Source of the DNA: Chrysomallon squamiferum
Taxonomy: Eukaryota > Animalia > Mollusca
Length of the DNA stretch: 64,000 nucleotides
Assembly (NCBI GenBank): GCA_012295275.1
Contig: CM022673.1
Location: 16,926,001-16,990,000 of the forward strand
Reading direction: 5' to 3'
Part shown: piece after piece, positions 40,803 to 55,360 of the stretch
Numbering within the stretch: position 1 is the stretch's first letter
Layout of the letters: each line of letters begins with the position of its first letter
Made by a program: the position numbers and the translations under genes
Notes under the pieces: model-generated
What the model was told of the DNA's origin: nothing
Database searches by the model: none
Seen by the model: the letters and a program-made list of their open reading frames with translations, nothing else

Positions 40803-42174
40803 CTGTATGTATGTATTTTCAAACACGTAAGCATTTTTCTTCCTTATTTGGAGCACGTACAAGGATTTGACATTATATTCATTCACAATTACTAGTCATT
40901 TTATACATACAGTACCAGTGATATATCCTGTCACATTAAGGCCAGTATTTTCAATACTTTAAAAAAAAAAAAAATCTTTTTTTTTCTATCATGTTGCAAA
41001 GAGACTTTCCCCTTTACAACTGAAGTCTGTCAACAATAAAAGAAAAATGCATTAAATAAATCGGTAAAAAAATAAAATAAAATAAAAATATATTATATAC
41101 TTTCTTTCAGTGTTTGAAAGTTCAGGTTATGTTTGCTTGCTATTTATTTATTTATTTTTAAAATTTAAATTATTATTCTTTTTAATTTTAGGTAAAAATA
41201 ATTTTAAAAATAATGAGAAATAAACAAATGAAATAATAAATATAAAAAAACCATGACTATAAAACATTCAGCTATTATTTTCATTTCATAGTATCTTGGG
41301 AGAAAAAAATAAAAAAAATAAAATAAAAAAAGAAAGAAAATTCCACTTAGAACTACACTATTGTGAACTAGTGATACGTGCACCTTGTTTTTATTATAAA
41401 TTAACAATAATATTGATACAAACAGTAATGACTATGGTATAATAGCAGTAGTTATTGTAGTAGCTGCAACAATAAAAACAACAACAACAACAACAACAAT
41501 AATAATAACAGAAGAAGAAGAAAAAACCCCAAAACCTATTAATTTTCTAAAATATTTTAAGTCAGACTTTTTGTGTATATATATATATATATATATAAAA
41601 AAAAAAAAACCTGATATCTGTGTAGAAAATATCCAGCTGAAATAAAATAATGACAGTTATATTGTGCAATAACAGAAAGGACAAAGATACATGTTTCCGA
41701 TTAAAACTACAATTCTGTGATCAGCACTGAGAAATCACCATGATGACAGTGCTGACATCCATGCTGTAGGTTTACTGTCATCACATGCTGAGTAATTGAT
41801 TAAATAACAATCGTAAGATGAGTTTATGATGTTTCCAGTCTATAAAACCACCCATCAATAGAATTATGGGAAAAATCTCTATAAGATGCCGCATATTTTT
41901 ACTACATATTTACTGCCTGTGACATAACCTTAATTATTACATAAGGGTTGTACACAAAGGTTTCATGGCATTAAGTAATATATTATGTAACACATTGTTT
42001 TTAAAATTATATCTTGAAATGTAGGTGTGTATTAGGTTAACTGAAGTATGTGATTTTTAAATTGAAAATATTTGTTAAAGAAAAAGCCCAGAAAATGGTT
42101 TCTTAAAAATAGTATTAAGCTGTTAATACCTTTTCTTTTATTAATTTTATTAGGCCTATATGATAGTTACAAAT

Positions 42175-42176
<2 letters not shown>

Positions 42177-42239
<63 letters not shown>
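42177..42239. repeat. (GT)n microsatellite
   Basis: Directly visible. Confidence 0.97.
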
Positions 42240-42240
<1 letters not shown>

Positions 42241-45200
42241 TTCAGTGTAGATATACTAAAGCCTATCTAACTAATAATTTATAAACTCAAATTATCATTT
42301 TATTTATTTATTTGACTTTTTATTTCAACATAGCCACCCTGATTTTGTATAACACATAGTTCTCTTTTTAATGACATTCACAAAAAATAAAGGATGGAAT
42401 ACCTATCAGTTTCTAAATTAAACTGTAATAAATTTGAAATATATTCTACACTAATCCAACCCATCAGTTGCTCTGTGAAATAAAAATACAGTATGTCACT
42501 AGTGGAATATTAACGGTTATATAATATGTGTACAACTTCTAGACTGAACTCAACAGCTTGTCCTTTCCATTTAGAACAGCACTTAATTTCTTTTCTTAAT
42601 TTAAAAGTATGTGCTAACCTCTGATCCCTCCTCAAAACACAGTTTAAATAAATAAATAAAAATGTTATGATTTTAGTGTGTGTGAATGTGTTTGTGTGTT
42701 TGTGTGTTTGTGTGCATATATGTGTATATATGTATGTAAGAACACATGTACCTATATATGTGTAAAAGGATGTAATGAATGTATTTATTAAACATCTGTG
42801 TTTTTATGTGCATGTATCTACATGTCATAAAAGGTATGTTTGTATGTGTATCAGTCTTTAAACATTTTGTTTACAGTGGTAATCTTGTCAGTCAGTTCTA
42901 TTTTGAGACCATTTTAAATTACATTCTAACATGAGAAATGAACAATAAACAAGGATATAGGATTGCCTGAGTAACAGAGTGTTACAGTTCCTACATACTA
43001 ATGATTCAGTCTGTAAATAGTTCTACAGTGTAACATTTTAACTTGGGAATTATTGTACAATGTTATAATTTAACCTGTACTGTAACTGAATTTAGTTTGT
43101 ACTGTAACAAATTAATTTACAATTTTGTATTTTTCTCATTAAACATGCAATATAAATATCTGTTTTCATTTTAAAACTATTAAATGAACTATATATATAT
43201 ATTTAATATGATATATATTAAGTACAAGTGACTCCTTATTTACTTTATGTGAAAATGGCAATTTTGTGTCTCACATTTGAACATTAATGGCATCAAATAT
43301 TTGAACTTTTTTTTTTTTTTTTAATTCAAAATTGTTGAAAAAGCAATAAAGTCCTCTGCTTTGTGTGACTGTAAAGTGTTGCACACACACAAACACAGAA
43401 ACACACATTAAATATATCTGGTGCTTTGATTTACTTCATTTGTCAAAAAAGAAGAAATAAAAAAGAAAAGTAAAAATCTCTTTTAAATCTTTTTTATAAT
43501 GTCATTATTTTTACACCTTTTTTTTCTGTTACTTAATTCTTTTTCTTTCTTTCTTTCTTTTTTTCTTTCATTATTACTTACACTCCTTTTTTCACTTTAT
43601 TATTATTATTCTTTTTTTTTTTTTTGAATTCCATTTCTGTCTTTTTTCTTCTGTATTTTATTTCACTGTTGTATATCCTGTTCAGCACTTTACTATCTGC
43701 ACTATAAAGAGTTCAGAGACAGTGAGTGACAAACAGAAGAAATAGTAATCCAGTGGTCTCAATCTAATGAAAGACATTTGGGCAATTTCAATTGGTGGTG
43801 ATTTGTTTTTTTTCCACTTATATTTTTTTTAACTCACCTTTTAAGGCCTGCAGGATTTGATCAAGACAATGGTGCATTGTTTGTGGAGCATTTAACACAC
43901 ATGTAAAATATTTATAAAGTAGGTTGAATAAAAAGGTATATTCCCTATTCACTGCTCCAATAATTTTTTTTTTTTTTTCACCATGACACACACAGAAAAA
44001 CAGTTTAAAAACAACAACAACAAAAAGTTTACTGAAATGAACTTAAATGTCACTGAATTGAAAATTAAATTTATTTTTACAATAGTGTGTGTGTGTAAAG
44101 AAAAAAAAAAAAAAAATTGAAATGAAAAACAAAATAAAAACAAAAACCTAAACAATAGCATAATGTTAAAAATTACAGATTTATTGAATCAAAATAAATA
44201 AATAAATAAAATAAATTAAATAATGCAAATCAAAAAAAATCAAAACGAATAAATAAATGTAAAAAAAAAAAATATAAAAAAATAAAAAAAAACCCAAACC
44301 CTCAAACAAAAGAAAACAAAACTGCACCCATTAAAATGGTAATAATTTCAATCAACATTTTTTTTTTTTTTTTGAGATAAAAATGGATAAACATGTTAAC
44401 AAGTTCAAGTCCTTGCATTAATCATTCCATAACTTTATTTTTTTTTTTTACAAGTTAGTGAGGAATCATTGTGAACACTGTTCACCTGTACATATGTACC
44501 TACTGCAATAAGATTGGAATTAACTGCAATTCAATACACTTCAATACTACAATGACAGCATACCTGTGATAACAATGAACAGGGTCACCTGACAAATCAA
44601 AGGTAGAATAAATAAAGTAGTTTTGTTAAAAAAAAAAAAATAATAACTATAAATAAATAATAAAAAAAAATATCACTGCAAATGGAAATTGTGCAAATAT
44701 CTGTCTTTAGATTGAGACCAGTAGATTAATTTGTTTGTAAATTAAAAAAAAAAAAATATATATAAAATAATAATATAAAATAAAATTTAAAAAAATAATA
44801 AAATAAAAACTAAACTAAAATAAAATATAATAAAATAATTACTTTTTAAAAATTAACAACATTACCAAACTGCGACTGGGTTGTTTCCCAGTTAGCTAGT
44901 ATATCACAACTTATAATCACTACTGTATGTTGTTTCAGTTAATGGAAGATTCACATTAAAGACTTCTTGCTGTTTATGTGAAAATAGGATTCCAAGGATT
45001 TCTGATAATTCATGGTTGGGGTTACTCTTATACAAAATGTCCAGTTGTGAGAAAAATTGATAAACTAATTTATAACATTTCATTTTTTTTTTAAATACTG
45101 TTTATTCAATGGCAGCATTTTAAATCAGTTTTATTATTTTTTAGAAAGTGCTGGGATAATTTTGTAATGTCAAATTTGTTTCAGACAAAAAATATTAATA

Positions 45201-46269
45201 AAAAATAAAAAAATAAATAGAAAACAGAAGCAAAAATATATATTAATTTATTAATGTAAACTTGTCTCTGTACAATGTCACAACTGCATGTACAGTGAAA
45301 TATTTTTAATTTTTGTTCTTAATTTCTCTTGCAAATTATCTATGCTTTGAAATGCATTTGGACAAAATCATTTCTATACATTCAGAACATTAAATGTACA
45401 CTTATTTGATTTTTGATAAAGTAAGTAACTAAGTAAGTAAGTAAATAAATAAACAGACAAAACAAACAGAAATATTAATACTTTTAAAAGTTATTTGAAA
45501 TTAAAACTATTGTTGTTTGTCAAACATGTTTAACACAATAACTTCTGAGATCTCAACCACTTGTTATAATTGTGCTCCCCACCCAGGACTAAAGGTAGCT
45601 GCTGCTAGAAAGTGAACGTAGCAGCAGTCAAATGCAACAACAGACAGACTGGTGTATAAACTTCCTTAAGCCAAAGTGCCAGTTTCCCCTCCAGCCTGGG
45701 TCACCCTGCATCTTGTGTGTGTCACCCTGCACAACTTGATAGAGCCATTAAAACACACACGTACAGAAAAACCTGTTAAACATTTGTTAACATGACGATT
45801 TAGTTCTGAGAACATCACTTGGCTTTACAGGAGCCAAACACAACATCCTGACTGGACTCTAACAATGGCTGTACTGACAAAGTGAATTCATTTTATTTTA
45901 ATCAATCACAGTTTTACAAATTCTGTAAATTCATGAACAAAATTGTGCATTTTGCTACTTCAGATCTAGGACTGGGCAGTTTGTTGTTATACATATCAGG
46001 GTTCAAAGGGTTAAAAACACACACATATGGTAAAGCCAAAGTTAAACAGACTCCTTTGTTAAATGATAATTTAAAAAACACTAAACATGTTAACAAAATA
46101 TTTTTTAAAATCCCCAAAACAAACGTACATAAATATAATGAAACCTACACTTGTTAAAAATAATTAAAAATAAAATACATAAATTGCAATGAAACCAAAA
46201 TTAAACAAATATCCCTATTAATATGACAATTAGAAACATTATACACACAGTGAAAGTTTTTGAAATTTA

Positions 46270-46310
46270 CTAAAAAAAAATAGTAATACAAATAATAATA
46301 ATAAGTAAAA

Positions 46311-46361
<51 letters not shown>

Positions 46362-46588
46362 AAATAAAATAAAATACAAAAAATAAATAAAAACAACAAC
46401 CACAAATAATAATGATGATGATGATGATAATAATAATAATAATATCAATAAATAAATAAATAAAAAAATAAAAAAAAATAAAAATAAAAATAACAATAAC
46501 AACCACAAATAATAATGATAATAATAATAATAATGATAAAAATAAATAAATAAAATAATAAAATTAAAAATACAAAAATAACAACCAC

Positions 46589-46636
<48 letters not shown>

Positions 46637-46670
46637 TAAATAAATAAATAAATAAATTAAAAATAACAAA
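46270..46670. repeat. Compound (AAAT)n/(AAT)n low-complexity block with recurring aacaaccac anchors
   Basis: Directly visible; source of the poly-FIYL ORFs. Confidence 0.9.
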
Positions 46671-48036
46671 AACCTGAAATCAGACTGCCTTACTTGTTAA
46701 CATAATAATTAAAAATAATTACCTACTACATCAAAGCACTAGCCTTATCTCCCATAATATCTCTTAAAAGGGAGAAAACTATTCAGCAGATATATTAATA
46801 ACTTTTGCATTATACTTCTGCATACATCATAACAAATAAAGAACATCATTTCCATTAATGTTACTTTTGAAAAAGAAAAAGAAAAAGAAAAACCTACTCA
46901 GTAATTATGAAAAGTATTTTTGTCATTCTCCTAATTTTTATAATCGTGTTTATAACAGCATTGTTTCATGTATAAATAATGTCTGTACAAGTAATATCTG
47001 TACATCATATCATTATTATTTTTGTTTAAATTACTGCTTTAAATCCATCATAAATTTTGATTCTGGAGCAAAAACCTACATACACACATTAACAGAAAGA
47101 ATACACCCACACTAACACAAATACAAGCATACCTATACATATACAAACACAAGACAAAACCTGCAAACAAATACAGCAAAACAGAAAAATAATATAACGA
47201 ATATTAAAAAGAAAGGAAAAACATCCAAAAAACTCACATGATTTGAAAGAGTACCTTTGATTTAACAGTAAGCTGTTGTATATTTTATTTATTGCATGTC
47301 AGTTACTATTTATCTGTGTTTAACAAAGCCACCTGTTGTTATAATTACAAGTCCAGCAGTTCTGTCAGTCAGTTTGTTAGAAGAATTCTACACTTCATCA
47401 GAGTTCAATATGCATTAAATATAAATTACTTTATTTATTTCTGTGCTGTGAGTGTATGTGTGTATGTATATGTGTACATATGTATTATATCTGTGTATAT
47501 GTGTACATATGTACATATATATATCTGCATGCAGGTATATGTGTATGTATATATGTATGTAATATATTTATGTTTATATTCTTCCTAATTACTTTAATGA
47601 ATAAAAAATTCTCATACCAAATGAACGATTGAAGAATGAATGGATAAATGAATATATTAATTTATGAATATTTAGAAGAAGATAAAAAAGATAATAACAC
47701 AAATAATAAACTTTATAAATATAGCCTATATATTCAGGATCTATATTGTTTGTATTATATAAATGTAATTCTTTTTGTAAAGTGGCAAGTAGTTTTACTA
47801 AGTTTACTTATGTAACTCAAAATATGTCACAAAGATAACAGTATGTATCATTAAGTAATACAGTGTATTACAAGATAAGACATTCTTAATCTCTAACAGA
47901 GGTAAGAAAAATATTGGTCATTCATGCATAATATTTTCTTGTAGCACATACTTTTAATACTGCACAGTAAACAGTAAAAAAAAAAAAATAAAAAAAAAAA
48001 TCTTTCCTTTCAGGTAGTGAGATATTTTTTACTTAC

Positions 48037-48300
48037 CATGTAGATAGATGGATGTAAGTGTATCAAAAAACGTTAATGAACAACTTCAGAAAGAGTTTGA
48101 AGAAAGCACAGATTTACAACTTTCTCCGTGAAAAAAGTTTTACACAGGTTGTGGTTCACAGCAGAGGAGTAGATAATCTCTGTATGTACTGGTGCTAGGC
48201 GATACTGTCCAGTGTAAAGACAGACGTTCATGTATTGTGGTATCTGTACAGGTCAGGTCGAGTCATGTCCACAGACACACTTGTTACATTCCAAACTGTA
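48037..48300 (-). promoter_or_regulatory. Candidate alternative first exon ending ATG|GTAAGT (Met-only, phase 0); 5' boundary uncertain
   Basis: CTACATG|gtaagt, ATG at 48039-48037; about 5 CpGs within the ~230 nt upstream. Confidence 0.5.
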
Positions 48301-48323
48301 CCAGCAGATTCTGTCCTACTTAC

Positions 48324-48332
48324 CAGTCTCAT
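48324..48332 (-). CDS. Candidate coding end of an alternative first exon (MRL, phase 0)
   Basis: ATG AGA CTG|GTAAGT consensus donor, preceded by a short uORF ATG GCC TAG. Confidence 0.35.
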
Positions 48333-48540
48333 ATCTAGGCCATATAGACTGTACACACTGAACATATTTTCACACTGTACTTATCTGTATAATATACATT
48401 CCACTGAGTGTGTATGTTTTTATCTGCAAGTGTATGTACTGTGTATGTTTATAATATAATACACATATATGCATAAACACATATATGAATGCATGCATAC
48501 ATATATACATACATATTTATATATATGCACAAATACACAA

Positions 48541-48571
<31 letters not shown>

Positions 48572-49985
48572 AATTTATACACATACACAAAATTATGTAA
48601 CATACTGAATGAAATGAACATACCACATATAGTAATACAATTTAATATTAAATATATCTGTTATCACATCCCTGCATTACTGAGGTGATTGATGTGTGCA
48701 AGTTACACACTTGTAGTGTTGGTGAATATGTGTATATATATATTATCACAGTCAGTTAAAACATAAAATGCAATTACCTTCTCCAGATTATAAAATTAAC
48801 AGTGTCTGTATAATAAAACCTTAATATTGTATTAACAGTCATAATTATAATGGCTATTTTATGAAGGCAGTTACTCTAGGTTCACTGTGGTAAAAAATTA
48901 TAACTCTATGGCAAATACTGCTTTTAGTGAAGTTATTAAATATATGTATGTATTGTGTGTGTGTGTGTGCGTGTGTGTGCGTGCGTGTGCATGTGTGTGA
49001 GCATGTGTATGTGTGCATGTGAGTGTGCATGTACTTTTGAGCATGCTTTTATTTGGGTTAATGCTTTTGTCTGGTTTTTGTTTTTATATGTGTATGTGTG
49101 TGTGTGTGTGTGTGTATGTGTGTGTGTGTGTTTCAAGCATGTATATGTGTATTTTATATTTTGTATGTATTTTTAGTGAGGTTAATTAGTAGAGTATGAT
49201 GGAAGTAGATGACTTTGAAATAAAATCTTTATAATTTTATAAAATAACTCATCTAAAATTGAATCATTATATTAAATCATTACCATCATCATAATTTTTT
49301 ATAATTATATTAAAGAAAGAATAAATTTCGGTACCTCTGACATGGTACTGATACACATAATTTAACTAAGATAAAATTTAACAGTTTAACATCTTTAAAT
49401 AAAACATTGCAACATAATTAACAGTGCTTATTGCTTTAATATTAACATTTTAAACAGTTCTATTTTATTTACTTATTTAATTAATTGTAATATTATTCTT
49501 TATGTTTAAGAAATAAAATACATAACATAATATAATTATTTTAAACAATATTTTCATATTTTATGATGATAAACTTTTTCTTTAAATACATTTTTCTATT
49601 AGTTTTTGCTACAATTTTGCTTCTGAATTTTTAAATGCAAACAAGATCAAGGCAAACAGTATTACTAAAAAATAATAATAATGAAAATATTATAATATGC
49701 TTTCTCAGTTAAGCAGGATGAACTTTCTGAAGTCTACGTAAGATTTAGGACAAAAAGGAGTAGTAGTAGAAGTAATAGTAGTGCTGACAGTAACAGCAGT
49801 GATAATGATAGCAGCAGCAACAGCAGCAGCACAAAGTGCAGTAATAGTAGTCTGGTAGAAATTGCAATGATAACAAAACATTAATAAAAATAATAACAAC
49901 ATTTAACAACAACCATACAAAGCATCAAGAACAACAGTAATGAATGCTACGAGTTTGTTAGAGCTGAAACAAGGTGAGAGTTTAC

Positions 49986-50114
49986 CCTGAGAGGCTGTCC
50001 TGTCAGGCTGCTCGGTATGACGTCTGGCTGAGCGATGACCACACCCCTGCTCGCTTGCTGTTGGGCAGCAGCTTCTCTGGACGTGCCCCACGCCGATGAC
50101 AACACAGCATTCAT
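49986..50114 (-). CDS. Candidate alternative first coding exon (MNAVLSSAWGTSREAAAQQQASRGVVIAQPDVIPSSLTGQPLR, 43 aa, phase 0)
   Basis: Among the most GC/CpG-rich stretches of the window; GCTGCCATG Kozak-like start; protein-like composition; ends AGG|gtaaac. Confidence 0.6.
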
Positions 50115-51773
50115 GGCAGCACCTTTCCAACCTTGTTTATACACTTAGGATATAAATTTGATATATATATATATATACACACACCTGGTGTATAAACTGA
50201 ATATCTGTACCTGGTATATAAAGTAAGTATGTACATGCAAGTGTGGCTGATTTGACTTGTGTGCTGCCTGCTGCCCTCTCACCACAACTATTATTAGCTC
50301 AGCAAATCTGTTAGATACAGGCTGGTATACCATACCTGAATGAGTCCTTGGTCATTTTATTGCACAGGGTAAAATAAACTTTTAAAACAAAAACACGCAC
50401 ACGCACATGCACACACATTGTTTTAAAATTCTAAATAATTGATCACTTTGCAACTTGAGCTAAAACAATAAAGCATGTAGCTAATTTTAATTCACTGTTA
50501 ATTGTATTTGTAAAATGACACCATAAACTCCATGGAAATTAATCAGTTCTTATCAATCTGTCTTATCAGTAAGCTATACAAAAGTCAGGGTTCACTGGAG
50601 GTAATAAAAAAATAATTACTCTTGGAGGGAGTTATTATTATTAACTGAATATAAAAAAACATCAAGGCAAAATAAGGATGATAAATGTGCTGTGTAAATC
50701 AGAACATCTCTTTATTAGATCCAGAAAAACACATACACATTTATCTGAATAATTAAAATATCTCAAATTTTTATGTTATTTGTGGTGATTATTTACTGCA
50801 TAGGACAGTAATAAGAATATATTTACTTGCATAATAATACTTGTACATAATATATTTATTACATATTATGTGTGTAATATGAGAGTGTGTCTATGCATTC
50901 AGAAAGACACAGTTTCATTTAATCTACAAATATCACATATACTGCACATACTCTCACATACTGACTGGAATTTGATGCAAACTACGACGTTGTAGAACTA
51001 AACAATAATGTGATACTAGCTGTCTGTTATACCTCACTGGAAATAGTACAATAAAATACGAGAAGTTCATTGTAATACAAGAAATATGTTTTAACAATGA
51101 AATCACTATGATCTATACACCTTTCGGACAAATAAAGTTCAGCTTATGCAGAGTTTGCTTCACTGAGTTTTCAGAATTGCTATTTGGCAAATGTTTGGAA
51201 ATTACTCCCATACTAAATCATTTTGTTCATACTGAGGTGGTTACACCTCAGTGGTATGTATACAGGCCTAATATTATAGTTTTTAGTGCTGTTCTGGTAG
51301 ATATTGAATTAAAATGACCTTAAGATAAATTTAGACTATTTTAAGTACAAATATAGCTTTAATTTTTATTTATATATTATAATTTTAAAAATGTCAAAAA
51401 TATATTTTTTAATATTATTTATTTATTTATTTGCAATATTTCTTTATGTATATCTTGTTCTTTCTTTCTTTATTTATTAACTTATTTGCATTATTTCTTT
51501 CTTAATTTCATACTGTTCATTTGTTGCTGATTTATATATTTATTTACTGATATTTAAGAATGATACACAGCAGTGGCACTGAGATAATGCAAGGCAGCGT
51601 GAACCATTGAGTTAAATAAACAGATTAAATCTACAGCTGTTGTATTAATGGCAATATTTTCATTTAATGATGAAGATATTGTTTAACATCCACTTCCTCT
51701 CTGTCAGTAATAGCAGAATATAATGTTATATAGCTATAAAATTACTTGTTTTATTCACTTGAATTTGCATGTG

Positions 51774-51776
<3 letters not shown>

Positions 51777-51819
<43 letters not shown>
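51777..51819. repeat. (GT)n microsatellite
   Basis: Directly visible. Confidence 0.97.
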
Positions 51820-51820
<1 letters not shown>

Positions 51821-54800
51821 ACATACATGTCAATGAGAAAAAGATAATGTTTGGATGTATGTATAGACTACTTGTGCATATTACACATATGTGTTTATCA
51901 GTATGAACAAAATGGGTATTTGTTTAATTACAAATCAGTATGTTTTATTAATGCTAATTAGATATTAAATATGTTTTTTTAATTAACCATGATAGATAGC
52001 ACTAGAAAGAAACACTGTTACTCAAACTCATTACTAACAACAGATCAGTTAATTCATCTTCATAACTGTAAAGTATTTTTATAGCAGCATCAGTACACAG
52101 TTGTTCCTCTGTTACAATTATCTATATTTATGTGATGATGCTGTGCAGTATTCTAAAACAGAAGGTCACTAGTTCAAATCTTTATTTCAGTTAACTGTTT
52201 CATGTTCATCTTATAATTTTCATGTATTAGATATAAAAACATCAAACAGGGCTGAGTTTAGTTATTACATAAGGAAAATATTGTTACCAAAATTTCAGTT
52301 TGGTAGTTTTTTTTTTTTTTTTTATTCTTAGTGAATATTTGTCAAATGCAACAACTTTGTTTTCCAATATGATAGGATGTCAGTCTGAAATGGCTCTAAA
52401 ACTTTCAGACTTTTATTTTCAGACTACCAAACAGGGCCTCTTCAGCTCCCAACAACAGTGATACCAGTCTAAATCATGAAATTTATTTTTCTAAAACCAT
52501 CCATTCTTCTTCTTCTTCTTTTTTCTTCTTTTATCATCAAATTCTTGATCTTTTTTTTTTTTTTTTATATTCAATAATTTCTTTATTTTTTCTTTAACTT
52601 TTTCTTTAATGATTGTCTTGAAAACATAAAATTAAATTGACCTAGCCAGCAGGTTCACTGCAACAACTTGGCAGCAGCAAATATCACACTGTGCCATGGA
52701 ATATGTTCCATATGGCATCTCTAATATACTCTACATTCACCATTACCCATCTGTGCTATCCAGTGATAAGATTATACTGGACACTTGCAGCAGGAAGTAT
52801 TGATACACTTTGATCACAGATACAACATGCATGTGTGTGTTTTTTTCAGCTCTTTTAATCAATGCACATGTCAGATATTACAGTAATACACAGCTGATTA
52901 GTTTATTAAGGTTACAGTGAAATCCACATGAGCAATGTTTAATTCTCTGATATTATATGAATATAAATTAATTTCCTTGTAACAAATATACGTTTCCAGT
53001 TAATTTCAGTTAATGTTGGTATTTTTTGTTGAATTTAGTTGTGTTTTGTTTTTAATTTAATTTGCTACAAAATGGATACACATTTCATGGCACCATTTCC
53101 AAGATAAAGACTCCTTTGATTCATTGAAACACAGATACTGGTTTGCAATCAACAGATAATTTCTATCAGTTTGCGGAAGTGGATGAAATAATGCATATCA
53201 AGAAAAGCTATAGGCTGTTTGTAAATGTGGTTTAATTATTTTACTTCACTAGTTAGATATCTCAATAATATCATAATCTCATGAAGTAATAGATTGTATC
53301 TGACCTGTCTAATTTAATTATTAATTCTTATATACGGCTAATTTGTATATATATACAACTAAATACAGTTTTATTAATGTATTCGTATTTGTGCTCCATG
53401 GTGTGTTCTTTCCTGTCTCTAGGAAAGAAGGTAGGTACATGACAATAGAGAGTTGTGCTTTTCAAAACTCTACAGTTACCATACATTTGATATCGAACAA
53501 TTGTGGGTCAAATAAGATTTGTTATCTGTCAATGAACCAAAATTTCTTCATTTTTTCTCACACATTTAATATCTATATTGAGTTAAGTCAAAACAAAATG
53601 TATAAATATTCTGCTGATTCAAAAGGATTCATATTTCATCATAAATTTATTAAAACAAAAATTCATACAGAGCTAGCCATAAAGATAAGAGATAAGAAGG
53701 TCAAACATGAAAGAATTTCCCTTAGGAAAAATACACAGACTCACTGTTGTGCTGAAATCCCTGTTTATAAATGAAAAGCTATAAAAATATTAATTTTTAA
53801 AAATATTTCTAAATAATGTTACACTGACTAATGAAAACGAATGAATGAACGAAAGATGGCAAACACATTTCGAATAAATACAGACTCACTCATATATAAA
53901 TACACGCACACACACACACACACACACATATATAAAACAAATAATCTTATAGTTGTGAAATTTTATATGTGTTTGTGGACTGATAAATGTGTATGGATGT
54001 GTGTGTGTACGTGTGTGTGCATGTGTTTGTGTATATATATATGTGTGTGTAAATGTACAGATGATGATGTTTCAGTGTTTAGGTGTTGTTTGCAGGTGAA
54101 TATGTTTCTGATTTCAGAAAAGTTAATTGATGAACATGTATTCATTTACTGAGACAAAACACAGTATCAATAATGTTAACATAATAAATGCACTATATAA
54201 TTATTTAATTTACTGCATAAAGTTAAAAAAATAAAAATAAAAATGTATGATAATAATATGTTATCTTTCACTTATTTTTTTTAACTTTATTTTAACAATG
54301 TTGGTTTTTTTTTTTTTTTTGTGTCTTTTAGAATTCTTTTGAGTAGGTATAAGTATTAATACACATATGTATTTGCATATGTACACACATACAGACATAT
54401 AAACACATTTGTATTTGCATATGTACATACCTACAGGCACATAAACACATATGTACATGCATATGTAATTATCTTCTCCTTTAATTCAGAATTATCTCCC
54501 ATATCTACATAATTTCCAGGTGCCCTTTAGATGAAAAAGAGTTTTATTTATACAAGTGTACCTACAGATTAGTTTTACACAAGTCTTATCACCCAAATAG
54601 TTTTGGTTATTTTGGAATTTGCATGTACAAGTAACATTTTATTTTATTTTTGTTGTTGTTGCAATTTTCTTCTTTTTTTGTGTTTTTGTTTTCTTTATTT
54701 GTTATTTTATATGTTGCCTCTTTGGTGTGTTTTTTTTAAAATATAGTTTGATCTTAAAACAAGATATAAAAAATGTCTGTTAAATATATGTATATTTTAA

Positions 54801-55109
54801 GACAAACAAAACAAATATTTGTTTAATTTAAAATATACATTTTACACTTTTGAAACTAAATTATTTTAAAACTTATTAAGATTAAAAAGTATGTACTTGC
54901 AGTAAATTTAATGTAAAGAGTTACTACTTCAAGTACATTAAATAATTTTTGCTGACAGAAAAGCATGGAATGTTGCTTTTCTACCCTGGATATGAATACA
55001 TGAATGTTAAAATGGCAGTCGGTAAATATTACAGATGTAACAGGGATTGATCCAGTAACATTCCCAACAGAACAGATTATAGCTCTGTAATCAGACTGAG
55101 TCTGGAAAT

Positions 55110-55360
55110 GTGATAGGTGATAAGATCAATCCTCAGAGTCTCCAGTGGGCCATTTCCCATTCAAATAAATACTCCATGATTAATATATCAAAGACAGAAA
55201 TGGGAAGGTTCACTGAGAAGAAAATTTGTTGCTAAAGAGTAATATATTATTTCTTTAGTATAGTCAGTTTGGTTTGGCTCAGATTGATTTTCTATAAGTG
55301 TAATAATAATTACTCAATGAGTTATGCTGTCAGTTAATTCTGTCAGTTGTTTTATACTTA
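55110..55360 (+). mobile_element. Decayed SINE copy
   Basis: aagatcaatcctc...gtgggccatttcccattcaa...ccatgattaatatatcaaagac...tgggaaggtt...ttgctaa, same block order as 22050-22330. Confidence 0.5.

Noticed and set aside
49903-50130. Cys-rich alternative frame (MERCCHECC...) over the 49986-50114 exon
   Set aside because: TTG start and wrong phase at the donor; the MNAVL frame has a Kozak-like ATG and phase 0
53343-53774. 143-aa plus-strand ORF
   Set aside because: TTG start, background AT composition, no motif
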